This document shows, piece by piece, positions 34,501 to 47,000 of a DNA stretch of 64,000 nucleotides. Source of the DNA: Octopus sinensis (lineage: Eukaryota); the NCBI RefSeq assembly GCF_006345805.1, contig NC_043007.1, forward strand, positions 21,142,001 through 21,206,000. The letters run 5' to 3'. Position 1 is the stretch's first letter, and each line of letters begins with the position of its first letter. The notes beneath the pieces are model-generated. The model was not told where the DNA came from. It worked only from the letters and a program-made list of their open reading frames with translations, and ran no database searches. The position numbers and the translations under genes are program-made.

Positions 34501-37500
34501 CAGGCTCCAGTCTTATCTGGCAATGTTTCTACAGCTGGATGCCCTTCCTAATGCCAACCACTCCGTGAGTGTAGTGGGTGCTTTTTACGTGCCACCTGCA
34601 CAGGTGCCAGGCGAGGCTGGGGATGAAAAATAAGATACAAGGGTAAAATAGAATTGAGAACTAAGGATTATGGGAATGGAAACAGTGCCTACATATTTGG
34701 CCCAAAGCCAGAAACATGAAAGGAGGGCACAACAAGTAGAGACTGAACAGCAAGTTTTGAGGGACCTTAAGAATTAAGCTATACAGGCTGTTAATCAGAT
34801 CTTTTCTATTGATAGAAAGCAGGAACTTCATCTGTCGTCATCTTTGTTGAGAACCAGAAATCACCCAAGACTAAAGTTTTTAATGACACTAATTGAGAAT
34901 TGAAGTCTTCTTCATCATTATCATCATCATCGTTTAGCGTCCGTTTTCCATGCTAGCATGAGTTGGATGGTTCGACCGGGGTCTGGAAAGCCAGGAGGCT
35001 GCACGAAGTTCCAATCTGATCTGGCAGTGTTTCTACAGCTGGATGCCCTTCCTAATGCCAACCACTCTGTGAGTGTAGTGGGTGTTTTTTACATGCCACC
35101 GGCACAGGTGCCAGGGGAGGCTGGCAGCGACCACGATTGGTTGGTGCTTTTTACGTGCTACCGGCACAGAAGCCAGTCAAGGCAATGCTAGCATCGGCCA
35201 CGTTCAGATGGTGCTTTTCACATGCCACCAGCACAGGTATCACAACTACAATTTCCATTTGATTTTTATTTTGATGTTGATGTACTTGACTCAACAGGTC
35301 TCTTCAAATACGGCAGGCCTTGCTTACCTTGGATCGTAGGGTGACCTGCTATGCTTTTGCATTTTATGCAAGAAGTCTCATTTCATGTAGCGACAAATGA
35401 AGCTGAAGACAGTTCTAAATAGTGTGTTTTACAATGTACAGTGTATCAAGTATTTTAGACAAAATCAATTTCCATAAGAAATCATCATTTTAACCTCTAC
35501 TTTCCATGCCTGCATGGGTTAGATGGAATTTATTAAGGCAGATTTTCTAAGACACCCTTCCTATCATTAACCCTCACCTGTTAATGCATGGGAAAAATAA
35601 TAATTTACATAGAGTGTAGCTATAGCTAACTTGTTTGATAATAAATTTAAATATATCTAATAAAATAGACTCAAAGCAGAAAAAAAAAAATATTACCATA
35701 AAATTCCTCAAATATGAATTTATCTTGAATTTATATTCTCTGAACAATAATGGAAATTGAATGAAAATCTCCATATTACAAATTAAATTTTAAATCAAAG
35801 ATTACAATCTTTCATTTAAAATTTAATTTATTAATTCAATATTAAATTTAAAAACAGATTCTCAATCAACTCTAAAAAAATTTACTTTTGTCCTTAACAC
35901 TTCTACAATGAAAATATAAATAATATAATAATTGCCCTGTTGAAAACTAAAAACCTATACAGGAATAATTAAACAAAAAATTCTTCTCTAGCTAATAGTG
36001 TAATACATTTTAGTCCTTTTGTTACCAGATTTTTATCGAAATATAAGGTTTTCATTTCAATTAATTTTGAAAATAACAAATAATTTAATAAAATACGTCA
36101 TTATCAAACTGGTGTTTGAAACAGGATTTCACATGAAACTTTGATGGATGGTTTTAATTTATATTCTCTTACAGCAGAAAGTCTGTATCATAGAACTAGG
36201 GGTGGTCTTGGGTGGGTTGGTACCAAAAGGGTTAAAAGTTTGTTCGATGAAAATAAAATTGAGAAAATGAAATTAGTAGTTACCAGTGAGGGTTGGTATG
36301 TTATTGGGTTTAGTTTGTTGAATGACAACTGTTGCTGACAAAACCTGATGGCCTGTTCTAATTGTTCGACAGTGGTTGATTTGATTGGGATCTAAAGGAA
36401 AAATTAAAAAAGTGGAGTAAAATTTCAATTTTGTTGCGTTTTGGGAGGGTCATTGTGCCAATAAACACATGCATCGGTTCTATTTCCCTTCTTTATTTTC
36501 TATTTGTCAACTGGTGGCATCATGAATGGCAACAGAAGGACTGATAAATTTAAACTGATTAATCAATCATTTAGCTAATTTGTTAAATAGTTAATCAACT
36601 GACAAAAAAAAAAAGGTAAAACAGAACCAGTGTCTGTTAATTATTGGTGTGCTGACCCTCCCAAGATACAACAAAATTCCAATTTCAGTTTTTGAATATA
36701 ATTTATGTAAAATGTAACTTGAAAAAGTATTACAAACTGAGGAATATTGAATGTTTATATTTCAGTATTTGACAAAAAATATGAAAACTAAAACCACCAA
36801 GCAGCCTACTCATTACTAGTGCAGTTTGTACTTCATTTTCTTCAACTATGTAAACTACATAGTGAGCCAGTGAGTGGCCAGTAGAAGCCTTATAACCAAT
36901 GATGCCTACTATCAGAAGTTTCTGCCAACTGTAGAGAAAGACTTAAGATAAATGACCAACGACTCCTCAGACCATTAGATTCAAGGGTCACATAATAACA
37001 AAACCTACCAAAATTCATGGATTTGACAGGGTAACGACCCCCTTTTGGTCATGAGTGACCGTGAGATTGCACCTAGAAAGTTACCCTCTGAGGCACATAT
37101 CTGGGCAAGTTTGTTTTATGGAAGACCAGCAGTCACCCATGCATACCGGCCTCCTATCACCATGCCACTGATGTTACCCAAGGGAAAGGCAAAGGGGCCG
37201 ATACAACTTGGCACCAGTGACGCTGCAACTCATTTCTACAGCTGAGTGAAATGGAGCAATGTGAAATAAAGTGTCTTGCTCAAGAACACAACACACAGCC
37301 CAGTCTAGGAATTGAACTTACCACCTCATGATTGCGAACCTGACACACTAGCCACTGAACTGTGCACAATTTTGATTCGGAAGTGAACTTGAATCTAATT
37401 TTTTGGTTTAAATTGATATATAGGCATAGGAGTGGCTGTGTGGTAAGTAGCTTGCTTACGAATCACATGGTTCCGGGTTCAGTCCCATTGCGTGGTACCT

Positions 37501-39707
37501 TGGGCAAGTGTCTTCTACTATAGCCTTGGGTCAACCAAACTACTATAGCCTCGGGCCAACCAAAGCCTTGTGAGTGGATTTGGTAGATAGAAACTGAAAG
37601 AAGCCCGTCATATATATATATGTATGTGTGTGTATGTTTGTGTGTCTGTGTGTCCTCCCAACATCGTTTGACAACCGATGCTGGTGTGTTTACGTCCCCG
37701 TAACTCAGCGGTTCGGCAAAAGAGACCGATAGAATAAGTACTAGGCTTACAAAGAATAAGTCCAGGGGTCGATTTGCTCAACCAAAGGCAGTGCTCCAGC
37801 ATGGCCACAGTCAAATGACTGAAACAAGTAAAAGAGTAAAAGAGATATCAAAAAAAAAAAGAAAAAAGAAAAGGCTATAATATCTAGAATACCAACCGCA
37901 TTCTTCATAATGACACGGAACACATCAAGGAAAATATCGTTAGTTCTCTCCACATGCAAGTATACTTTATTGACGCCATGACACCAAATTTTGTAGACTT
38001 CCAAGAGAAATTTAATCTGCCGTTCAGTATCGCTCTCCAGCACATCTTCTAGTTGTAATTCTACAGTGTCAAGAGCATACTCATAGGCCAACTGGGACAA
38101 ACAGACACGCTCAGCATCACGGAGGTATTTCCTGAAATTGGAGAAGTTTTGGTAAACAGAAATTATCTTCATTGATCGTTGTAATACTGTGATAAATCAG
38201 TAACTTTAACCAGAAACATGGAAAACAGTTGACCAACAATACTTTCCAGCTGCTCCTCACACCATACACCTTTAAGAGAACTGGTAAAATATCATTGAAA
38301 CAGATTACTGTCATAAAAATATTAATTTGTCTTTTTGTGACTCTTCCCTTGTAAAAAAAAAAACAAAAAAAAAACAGACATTTATGTATCATACTTAATG
38401 TATATACACTGTTGATAGGTCAGTTACTGGGGTATTTATCCTGAGATAACATCTATTATGAACATGCTTTGTTAAAAACACTATAAATATCAGTGATAGA
38501 TGAAAATTCATCCCAGTAGAAACCAGTGAGAGCTGGCAGAAACGTTATGCTTATCGGTATTTCTTCTGCAGCTATGTTCTGAGTTCAAATTTCGCCGAGG
38601 TCGACTTTGCCTTTCATCCTTTCGGGGTCAATAAATTAAGTACCAGTTACACACTGGAGTCGATATAATCAACTTAATTTGTTTGTCTGTCCTTGTTTGT
38701 CCCCTTGTGGGTAGTAAAGAAATAGGTATTTTGTCTGCCGTTACTTTCTGAGTTAAAATTCTGCCGAGGCCGACTTTGCCTTTCATCCTTTCAGGGTCGA
38801 TAAATTAAGTACCAGTTATGCACTGTGGCCAATGTAATTGACTTAATCTCTTTTTCTGTCCTTGTTTGTCCCCTCTATGTTTAGCCCCTTGTGGGCAATA
38901 AGGAAATAAGAAACCAGAGAGAATGCAGATACATTTCAGCTCTTTGAGTCTTTACTATGGCAGGTATGGCTTGAAATGCAGCTGGTATTCTTGCTGGCCT
39001 CTACTGGGATGAATTTTTGTCTCTTCCCAATACTTATTTCATTTTTCACACAGCAAGTCCATAAGATGTTATCTCTGGACAAATACTACAGTAACTGGCC
39101 TACCAACAGTGTATTTACATTTAGTATGATATAGGAGTTAGATTTGGCCACCCCTGTAAACATGGTCAAAACCCAGATTTAAAACACTGGATGATGATGA
39201 TGATTGGCCATGATACCACTCACCATGATATTATGAAAAGTTAAAATTGTTCACAATTTGAGAAAAGGAAATAGTCAGATAAATCAGCTCTTTTTCATGG
39301 TACCAATAATAAATACAGATGGCTATTTGGCTATTTTAATCAAATACTGCCTCAACTGCAAATAATGGATATATAATTTATCAATTTGGAAAGTGATCTA
39401 AATGTGTAATCAATGAAGTGTAAATGCAATCAGGGTTTTTAAAAAAATTAAGAAATTAAAAAAAAAAATAACGAAGCTGATTTAAGATCAAAAGCTAACA
39501 ACCTATTCGGTTAAAAAGTTATTTGAATTTTTAGATGGGCACAGGAGTGGCTGTGTGGTAAGTAGCTTGCTTACCAACCACATGGTTCCAGGTTCAGTCC
39601 AGCTGCATGGCACCTTGGGCAAGTGTTTTCTACTATAGCCTCGGGCTGACCTAAGACTTGTGAATGGATTTGGTAGACAGAAACTGAAAGAAGCCCATTG
39701 TGTGTGC

Positions 39708-39774
<67 letters not shown>

Positions 39775-41027
39775 AGTGTATTTATGTGTGTGTGTATGTT
39801 TGTCCCCCCAACATCACTTGACAACCGATGCTAGTGTGTTTACGTCCCCGTAACTTAGTGGTTCGGCAAAAGAGACCGATAGAATAAGTACTAAGCTTAC
39901 AAAGAACAATTCCTGGGGTCGATTTGCTTGACTAAATGCGGTGCTCCAGCATGGCTGCAGTCAAATGACTGAAACAAATTAAATAAAAGAATAAATCATG
40001 GGGTCGATTTGCTCAACTAAAGGCGGTGCTCCAGCACGGTCGCAGTCAAATGACCGAAACAAGTAAAAGAAAAAAAAAAGAAAAAGGTAGAAATAATAAA
40101 GACAGCAAAATGCATAAAAGTTTGAAAGTTTATCTGACCTGCCAGCATCCGGTGTGCGATTTAACTGAATGTGAAGCTGGAAGAGCATCGAGTTATCACA
40201 CTGAACTCGCAGAACTTCCAACAGCAACTTGACAGAACGGTTCATGTGTGAAGCGAAACTACCAGAACGGTCTACCTCTTCAACTGGAATACGCCACACA
40301 CCCTGACAAAAAAAAAAAAAAGGAAACAATTGCCATTAAATTTTCTGAAACAAAAATTAAACTTTATCTAGATCATAGGTTCCCAAAGTGGGTGCTAACG
40401 CCCCTCCCCCTCGACCCCCGTGGACGTTGTGATGGCCCAGGTGGGTGCTGGTGCCTTAGGAATGAGAACCCAAGTTCAAAATTTCCCTAAGACACCTGAT
40501 GAAGGCTGGAGGGTATATGAGCCAAAACGAGCTAACAACAAACAAGATGAGGACAAATATCCATCAAATGTAAATAATGTAGATATTTAACTTTCAGTCC
40601 CTTATAAAATGCAAGAGAATATAAATTCATAGGGATGTATTTTAAAAGCTGAAACAAGAAAGGAAATGAAAATGTTGGTACATCATCATCATCATTGTAA
40701 TGTTCACTTTTTCATGATTGCATGGGTTAAGTGGAATCTATTAACGGATGTTTTCTATGGCAGGATGCCCTTCCTGTGTCTAACCCTTACCTGTTTCCAA
40801 GCAAGATAATTTTTTCCCCAGAGTTAGACATGCTTTTCCTGGAGGACTGGAAACAAACAACAACGTTTGAATGACAATTATACCCATTTACAACCATCAC
40901 GTGATGTCTAGACAAGGGTACACACAAACACACACACACACATATATATATATACACACACATATATATATATATACACACAAACACACATATATATACA
41001 CACACACACACAAACACACATATATAT

Positions 41028-41060
<33 letters not shown>

Positions 41061-44000
41061 AACACACACAGTGGTTTTCTTTCAGATTTTGTCTACCAAA
41101 TCCACACGAAAGGCCATAATACAAGACATTTGTCCAAGATGCCACACAGTGGGACTGAACCCAAGACACCATGATTGGGACACTAGCTTCTTAACTGCAT
41201 AGCCATGTCTGTACCTATCTGAGATAATAAAATGTGCCATGATAACACCATGCTGAAATTTCAAATTGGATTATCTCAAATAACAGAAAACGTGAAATTT
41301 ACTGTAAAGTCATTTTAGACAAGAAATTGTATACAAACCTGGAAAAAGTTGGAATGTTTGCGATCTGTAAAAAGACCTGGAGCAGGTAGGTGATCAAGTT
41401 GGGTCCAAGATGGAACCCCAAGCAAGATATCACGTGTGTAGTTAATATTCTGAAATCAAACAGAAATTTCAATTTGAAAGATTTTGAAAATTAATATTAG
41501 ATGCTGTAGATCTGATGGCAAAATTTAAAATTAGGTCAACCTTGATTATTATTATTATTATTTTTTTTTTTTAAAGAAAGTATATTAAACCTTACAATAT
41601 GGGAACGGAATATATTTGGTTCTGTGCATGTGTGCTTGAAATATAGGAACTGAGGCAAATTGAGAAGTTATTAATAAAATGGAATTATGACCACTTATAT
41701 TTATTTCTTTATAACCCCACAGGGAACCAAACATTGAGGGGACAAACAAGGACAGACAAAGGGATTAAGTCGATTACATTGACCCCAGCGCATAACTGGT
41801 ACTTAATTTATCGACCCTGAAAGGATGAAAGGCAAAGATGACCTCGGCGGAATTTGAACTCAGAACATAGCGACAGATGAAATACCGCTAAGCATTTCAC
41901 CTGGTGTGCTAACGTTTCTGGCAGCTCGCTGCCTCAATCTTACGATCACAAGTCCAACACAATAACCACAACACCATATACCTCCACTAGTTCACTAGTC
42001 ACTCTAGAGAAAGGATTTGTCACCTTTCCCATTCCGGCACCATGCACACAGGAATTGCATCAGTTACTCAGTAACAATCACTTGCTTTGATATATTCCAT
42101 GGTTGTGATGTCTGCTAGCTTATTCAAAAATATGTGTCTGAACTGGTCAAAAACTTGTCCCGGTCAAAGTAAAATTTTGCAGCCAAAGTACTACGACAAA
42201 CCATCTTTCCACTGAATAAAGTTATTTGTGTAAATACTGAATGGGTCAGCAATTACTGACATTATAACATTCAATCACCTGTTTATTTACATTATTAACA
42301 TTATGCTCGTTAAATTTGAAATGGTTTCAGAAATTTTGCAAGAAATCGCAATTCTCCATAAGTCACATACACAAAACAAACAAAAATATTTAAAAAATGA
42401 GAACACTTAAAAGAATTTACATCAAACTTTTAAAAACAGATGCACACACACACACACACATATAAACACACATGTGTGCACACACACAATCCTCATCATT
42501 GCTTCAACATCCACTTTTCCATGCTTGCATAGGTCAGAGAGAATTTAGTGAAGTGGATTTGCCTCAGACAGATACCTTACCTGCCATCAAGCCTCACCTG
42601 CTTGCAAGCCAGGTAATATTTTCCCATGACCAGATGTTTTCCAGAGATGATTGGAAATGAAGGACACCGCTTGTATGACAGTGACACTCATTTACGACTC
42701 TCATAAAATTTTTTTTTTTAAATGCAATATCAAAGCTAGGAATCAGTAACAGTAATACACATGTGCCCATGCATATATTTATGTTGGGTTTCTTTCATTT
42801 TTCTGTCAACCAAATCCACTTACAAGGCTCTTGTCAGCCTGAGGCTGAAACTGGAACCACACTGCCCTGTTTCTACACACACACACACCCTTCCATTAGG
42901 TTGAAAGATTTTAAACGTTAACAATTCTGTAAGATAACAACAAACATGTTTCTTTTTGTTGTGTCTGGAGAGAGTCATTTTCTTTTTGTGCCTTATAATT
43001 TAACACACTCACCGGTAAAATTTCCACTAATTTTTTACTATTATTTTCCTAAAATTTTTGTTGCGTCTTGCAACCTGTTTTAGGAAAATAAAAATAAGAA
43101 ATAAGTGGAAATTTTACTGGTGCGTGTGTTACATTATAAGGCACAAAAAGAAAATGACTCTCCCCAGACACAACAGAATATGCTTCAACACACGAATTCA
43201 TATAAAGAATCTTGCAAACCAAATCCAAAAACGAAATGTTTCTTTCTATTTTCATTAAATTGCAGGAGAAAAAAATATGTATAAGACATACCTTGTTAAA
43301 TGGTGAGTAGAAGTGAAGATGAGCAAGTCTATAGAGAGCTTTATAATGTGTAGGGAAGCGAGTGAGGCAGATGTGTAAGGCTGAAATGACCATGTTTAAC
43401 AGTTTTTTGTGTTTTTCAGTTTTAGATCTCTTATCATCAACAGGTCCATGATCTGAGTTATTGGCTGATGATGTTTCGGTACCGGTCTTGGTACCAACTT
43501 CACTGTGACCATCCCCTGAACACAATGATTTACCAGTCTCTTGTTTTGATACGTCACTGTGTTTAGAGTTGATGTTCACTGAGCTGTTCTCAGAAGACAC
43601 ATTATGAGGTAACTCAGCACCAGAGCTAGCTAGTTTGTTAGAATTATTTTGACAAACATCTGATGACTCCTTGCTCGGCTGTTCTCCTTCCGAGTGGCCA
43701 ACAGGGTCAAAATCAATTCTGAGTGGATCGTTGGGTTTATCAAAGTTTTCAGCTTCTAAAAGTGCATTAAGAGAATCAAGCGCTTGACTTGTCATTGCAT
43801 CAGTATCTATAGCAGCATCTAAATAATCTTCACCTATCGTTGTGGTAAACTGGTCCTCAAGACCAAATATGGGCTGACTGAGATCTACTTTTGATAAACG
43901 AGGGGGCAGGTCCAAATCTTTGATAGTAGCAACCTCTTTTGGTGCCACTGATGATAAGGTGCTTTTACAATCGGATTTTGCTTGGCTAATCTTTGGAGAA

Positions 44001-47000
44001 GTTTTTGTGGGTAGGCTTTCAACCATCTTAACTTTGTTTGATGTATTTCCCAACTCGTCAGACAAAGCGGAAAGACTTGAACTATCGTTGCTTTTCTGTC
44101 GGAAATAATTATGGTCTTGGTTTGAACGTGACGACGACGTAGAAGAAGTTGTAACTGCTCCAACATTGGTTGAGACCGTAGAGCTTCCAATTGAAGACGG
44201 GCAAGTCCCAGGATTGGCTGCTCCACGTGTAGTACTATTTGTGTTGTTGGACAAAGACTGCGTTTGACAAGAACTTTCTTCATTATTTGTATTCGAGTCT
44301 TTGCTACAAAAATAAAAAGTAAACAAACCAATTATTATTAAAATAAACGCAAATGTCATGATAATATCACTAACAAATATTAGATTCCAAATTCTTTTGT
44401 TGCTCTCTTTGTCTTCACTGGGAAGAGTAGTGGTTTCAGAACCTAATATTTCAAGTACGTATAACATTTTATTATCTTAACCCTTTTGTTACCAACCCAG
44501 CTGAAACCGGCTCTGGCTCTGAGTACAAATGTCTTGTTTTCATGAGTTTGAAATCTCTACTTAGATTTGGTGACCAGACCATATGCATATCATTACAGGC
44601 TGACCAGGCCATATCCTTTCTAAACAAGTCACTCCCAAATGTTATTGTACTAATCATCTCTGTGTAATAGAGCTATGACAATGGTTACTTAATCGCTTGC
44701 TTGGTTCAGCTTTTAGCTTCTCTAATTCTTTCTAGTCTCTCTTAAACACTTCAAATGTAATATTAATTTTCCTCAACTATTCAACTTCATAACTTAAATA
44801 TGAAATACCAAGATTTTGTAGTCAAAACAAAGAGATGCTTACTTTTCTCGACGCTGATGTCTTTTCTCTCTTTGATTAGCAAATGGTCCATTGGCAACCT
44901 CTATCATGTATTGTTCAAAATAATCTAAATCAAGTTCTTCAGCGCTCTTGAAAAGCAGTTCTTTTAATATGGCAACATGTTGTCGATAGAATAACTGATA
45001 CAGCAAAAGAGAAGAGAAAAGAAAATAATTATTAAGAAAAAATACAATAAAATTAATGAACCACATTTGGAAATAAAAGTGAAATAGAATAATAATGGAC
45101 AGAGTCAAGACTACTGAAAAGGTTGCAAGACGCAACGAAAATTTTAGGAAAATAAAAATAAGAAAAATGTGGAAATTTTACCGGTGAGTGTGTTACATTA
45201 TAAGGCACAAAAAGAAAATAACTCTCCCCAGACACAAAAGAATAATAATCATCTTACTGACAGATGATTCATACGTGAATTTAACATCAGAGAAAATTGC
45301 AATGGTAAAGTGATTTTAAAGAATGTTGCGAAATTTAAAACATGAAACATTTTATAGGATCTAGCTTTATAAGTTCAACACCTCACTTGTTTTAAGTGTT
45401 AAATAAAACAAAAGCTATTTGCTATTTCTCAATAGAAAATTACCCACCCAGATTCATATATACTAAAATTTGGATAATAATGTTAAACAAAAAACTGTTA
45501 TGACTTGACCAAAATAAAAAAAGATAATTCAGCAACATTGTGTGTATAAAAACAAACATGAGGAAATGTAAATGTACTTCAACGTACTTCAAGTGATTCC
45601 ACAGCTAGATGAGGTGGGCTAACCACATAATTTATCTTCTTAGGATATGCAGCAAAATCTTCATGAAGGTGATGAGCAGCCTGGAATTGAAACAGGAGTA
45701 GAGATCAGTTGAAATATTAAATAGGTAGCTGAGAGAGGAGCTAGGATTATGTGTGCATTCATTGTGCATTTCACCTGAGCTTTGTAAAAAGTTAATAGTT
45801 GCTCAGCTACACACACAGTACCTTATCCTTACAGCTGTTATGAGGTTAAAATGGTAGCATACATATGCTTTATAAAACATACACGAGTTTCATCAGATTA
45901 AGTGCCAGGATTACGCAATTATTAAACATTATATAATCTTATGAATACACCTCTTCAGTGTTTAGCAAAAAATATAAAGATGGGTGTCAAGTGCTCAATA
46001 TATATATATATACTTGTGTAAATTCAACAAACAGTTATGTAATCTTGGCAGTGAGTTTGATGAAACATGTATGCTTTATAAAGCATAAAATACTAAACAT
46101 TTTCTGTATTTTACTCATACTATTACACTGTTTGTATTCTGTATACTGGCCTATACACCATAGCTTAATGCTCTGCATCTTACTGCACTGGATATAGGAG
46201 TGAAATGCAGGACATTCCACAGAGACATGTCCTGCATGGGCACACACACAGACACACACACACATTTTTTTTTTTATGTGAAATGTTTGTAATGCCTTTT
46301 ACCTCTTTATAGTGTTCCAGGTACTCATGGGCAGGTTTTCTCATCTTTTCACACACTTTACCCATCATGTAGTAATACAACCACTCTTCACTATGACCTC
46401 CCTCCATTTCACACTCACTAGCTTTTTTATAACAGTTGGCCGCAATCAGCAGCATTTCCTTGTTGCTAGCTGTTGCTATCTGGTACATCTCATCATTGAG
46501 TGGGAACCAATGCATCTAAACAAAAAAAAAGAAACAAAATATAAAAAAAAAAAACAAAGTTTTGTTATACAAAACAATTACTCTCACACAAAGGTTCTCT
46601 TTCTTCTTTTACTTGTTCAGTCAGTTGACTGCGGCCATGCTGGAGCACCACCTAGAATGGTTTTGGTCAAACAAGTCGATTGCAGAGCTTATTTTTTTTT
46701 TAAAGCCTGGTACTTATTGTATTGGTCTCTTTTTGCTGAACCACTAAGTTACAGGGATATAAACATAGCAACACTGGCTGTCAAGTGGCAATGGTGGGGA
46801 CAAACACAAACAGACTACTAAATCCACAAGTTTTTTTTGTTCTTTCTGTTTATTTCCTTGCGTTCCTTTCTGTTGAAGAACGCAGACTCGAAACATAAAA
46901 GACATTTTTACCTTCCCGAACATCAAATTAATACACCTGCTTGTTGTTTATATACATGAATTCATTTTTTGTTTTTCTGTAAATTTCAACTATATACATA

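Noticed and set aside
35328-35414. Possible extra CABIN1 exon with a strong CAAG|gtaagc donor
   Set aside because: All three frames from the nearest plausible acceptor contain stops, and the flanking exons already join in phase.
44304-44467. Hydrophobic N-terminus of the 472-aa ORF suggesting a separate membrane protein
   Set aside because: It lies upstream of the acceptor at 44303 and is T-rich intron; the ORF tail 43049-43291 is also intronic.
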